Positions 63,644 through 64,000 of a DNA stretch of 64,000 nucleotides are shown piece after piece. Made by a program: the position numbers and the translations under genes. The stretch is from positions 5,456,001 to 5,520,000 of the forward strand of contig NC_135830.1 in assembly GCF_964213995.1 (NCBI RefSeq). The letters are read 5' to 3'. Numbering within the stretch: position 1 is the first letter of the stretch; every line of letters begins with the position of its first letter. A model generated the notes under the pieces. The model did no database searches. It saw only the letters and a program-made list of their open reading frames with translations, and was not told where the DNA came from. The DNA comes from Mustelus asterias. Its lineage: Eukaryota.

Positions 63644-63715
63644 GGTTCCATGGTTTAACGGTGAGCACTCTGGACTTTGAATCCAACAATCCGAGTTCTA
63701 ATCTCTGTGGAACCA
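63644..63715 (+). tRNA. TRNAQ-UUG: tRNA-Gln(TTG), diverged (likely pseudogene)
   Basis: GGTTCCATGGTTTAACGGTGAGCACTCTGGACTTTGAATCCAACAATCCGAGTTCTAATCTCTGTGGAACCA; several mismatches including B box GTTCTA. Confidence 0.7.
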
Positions 63716-64000
63716 CTATTCTCAACACCCCAACTCTTGCTGAACTGCGGACAGGTAACTCAGTGAATGATATCGGACAACTGTGCGTTTTGTGGTTAGC
63801 ACTTCTGCCTCGCAGTACCAGGGCCCGGCATTCAGTTTTGGCTTCGGGTGACTGTGTGCAGTTTGCACGTTCTCCCCGTGTCTGCGTGTGTGGAAGAAAA
63901 CCGAGCACCCGGCGCACAATCCAAAGATGTGCGTGTTAGATTGATTGGTCATGTTACGTTGCCCTTAGAATCAGGGGACTAACAGGGTAAATATATGGGA

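Overview
Repeat-rich vertebrate genomic DNA, almost certainly a cartilaginous fish (shark-type CR1 LINEs, V-SINE/HE1-like and Deu-like SINEs, shark-type antigen-receptor V segments). No intact host protein-coding gene is visible; nearly all long ORFs are LINE reverse-transcriptase fragments. Three non-TE layers stand out. (1) 1-28.5 kb: an old, rearranged segmental duplication (three partial copies). It carries a ~200-bp octamer-containing non-coding element far more conserved than its flanks, plus possible decayed Ig-constant-like exons, and abuts a minus-strand immunoglobulin heavy-chain V pseudogene (10.1-11.05 kb) split by a palindromic insertion. (2) 45.4-52.6 kb: two convergent TCR alpha/delta-type V segments, both damaged in coding sequence but keeping 23-bp-spacer RSSs. 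(3) 46.5-63.7 kb: a birth-and-death tRNA cluster interleaved with those V segments, including an intron-bearing tRNA-Pro(AGG), an intron-bearing tRNA-Ile(TAT), Glu, Asn and Gln genes, and many decayed copies. The IgH-V/TCR-V/tRNA juxtaposition is well supported; the decayed constant-region reading is speculative.
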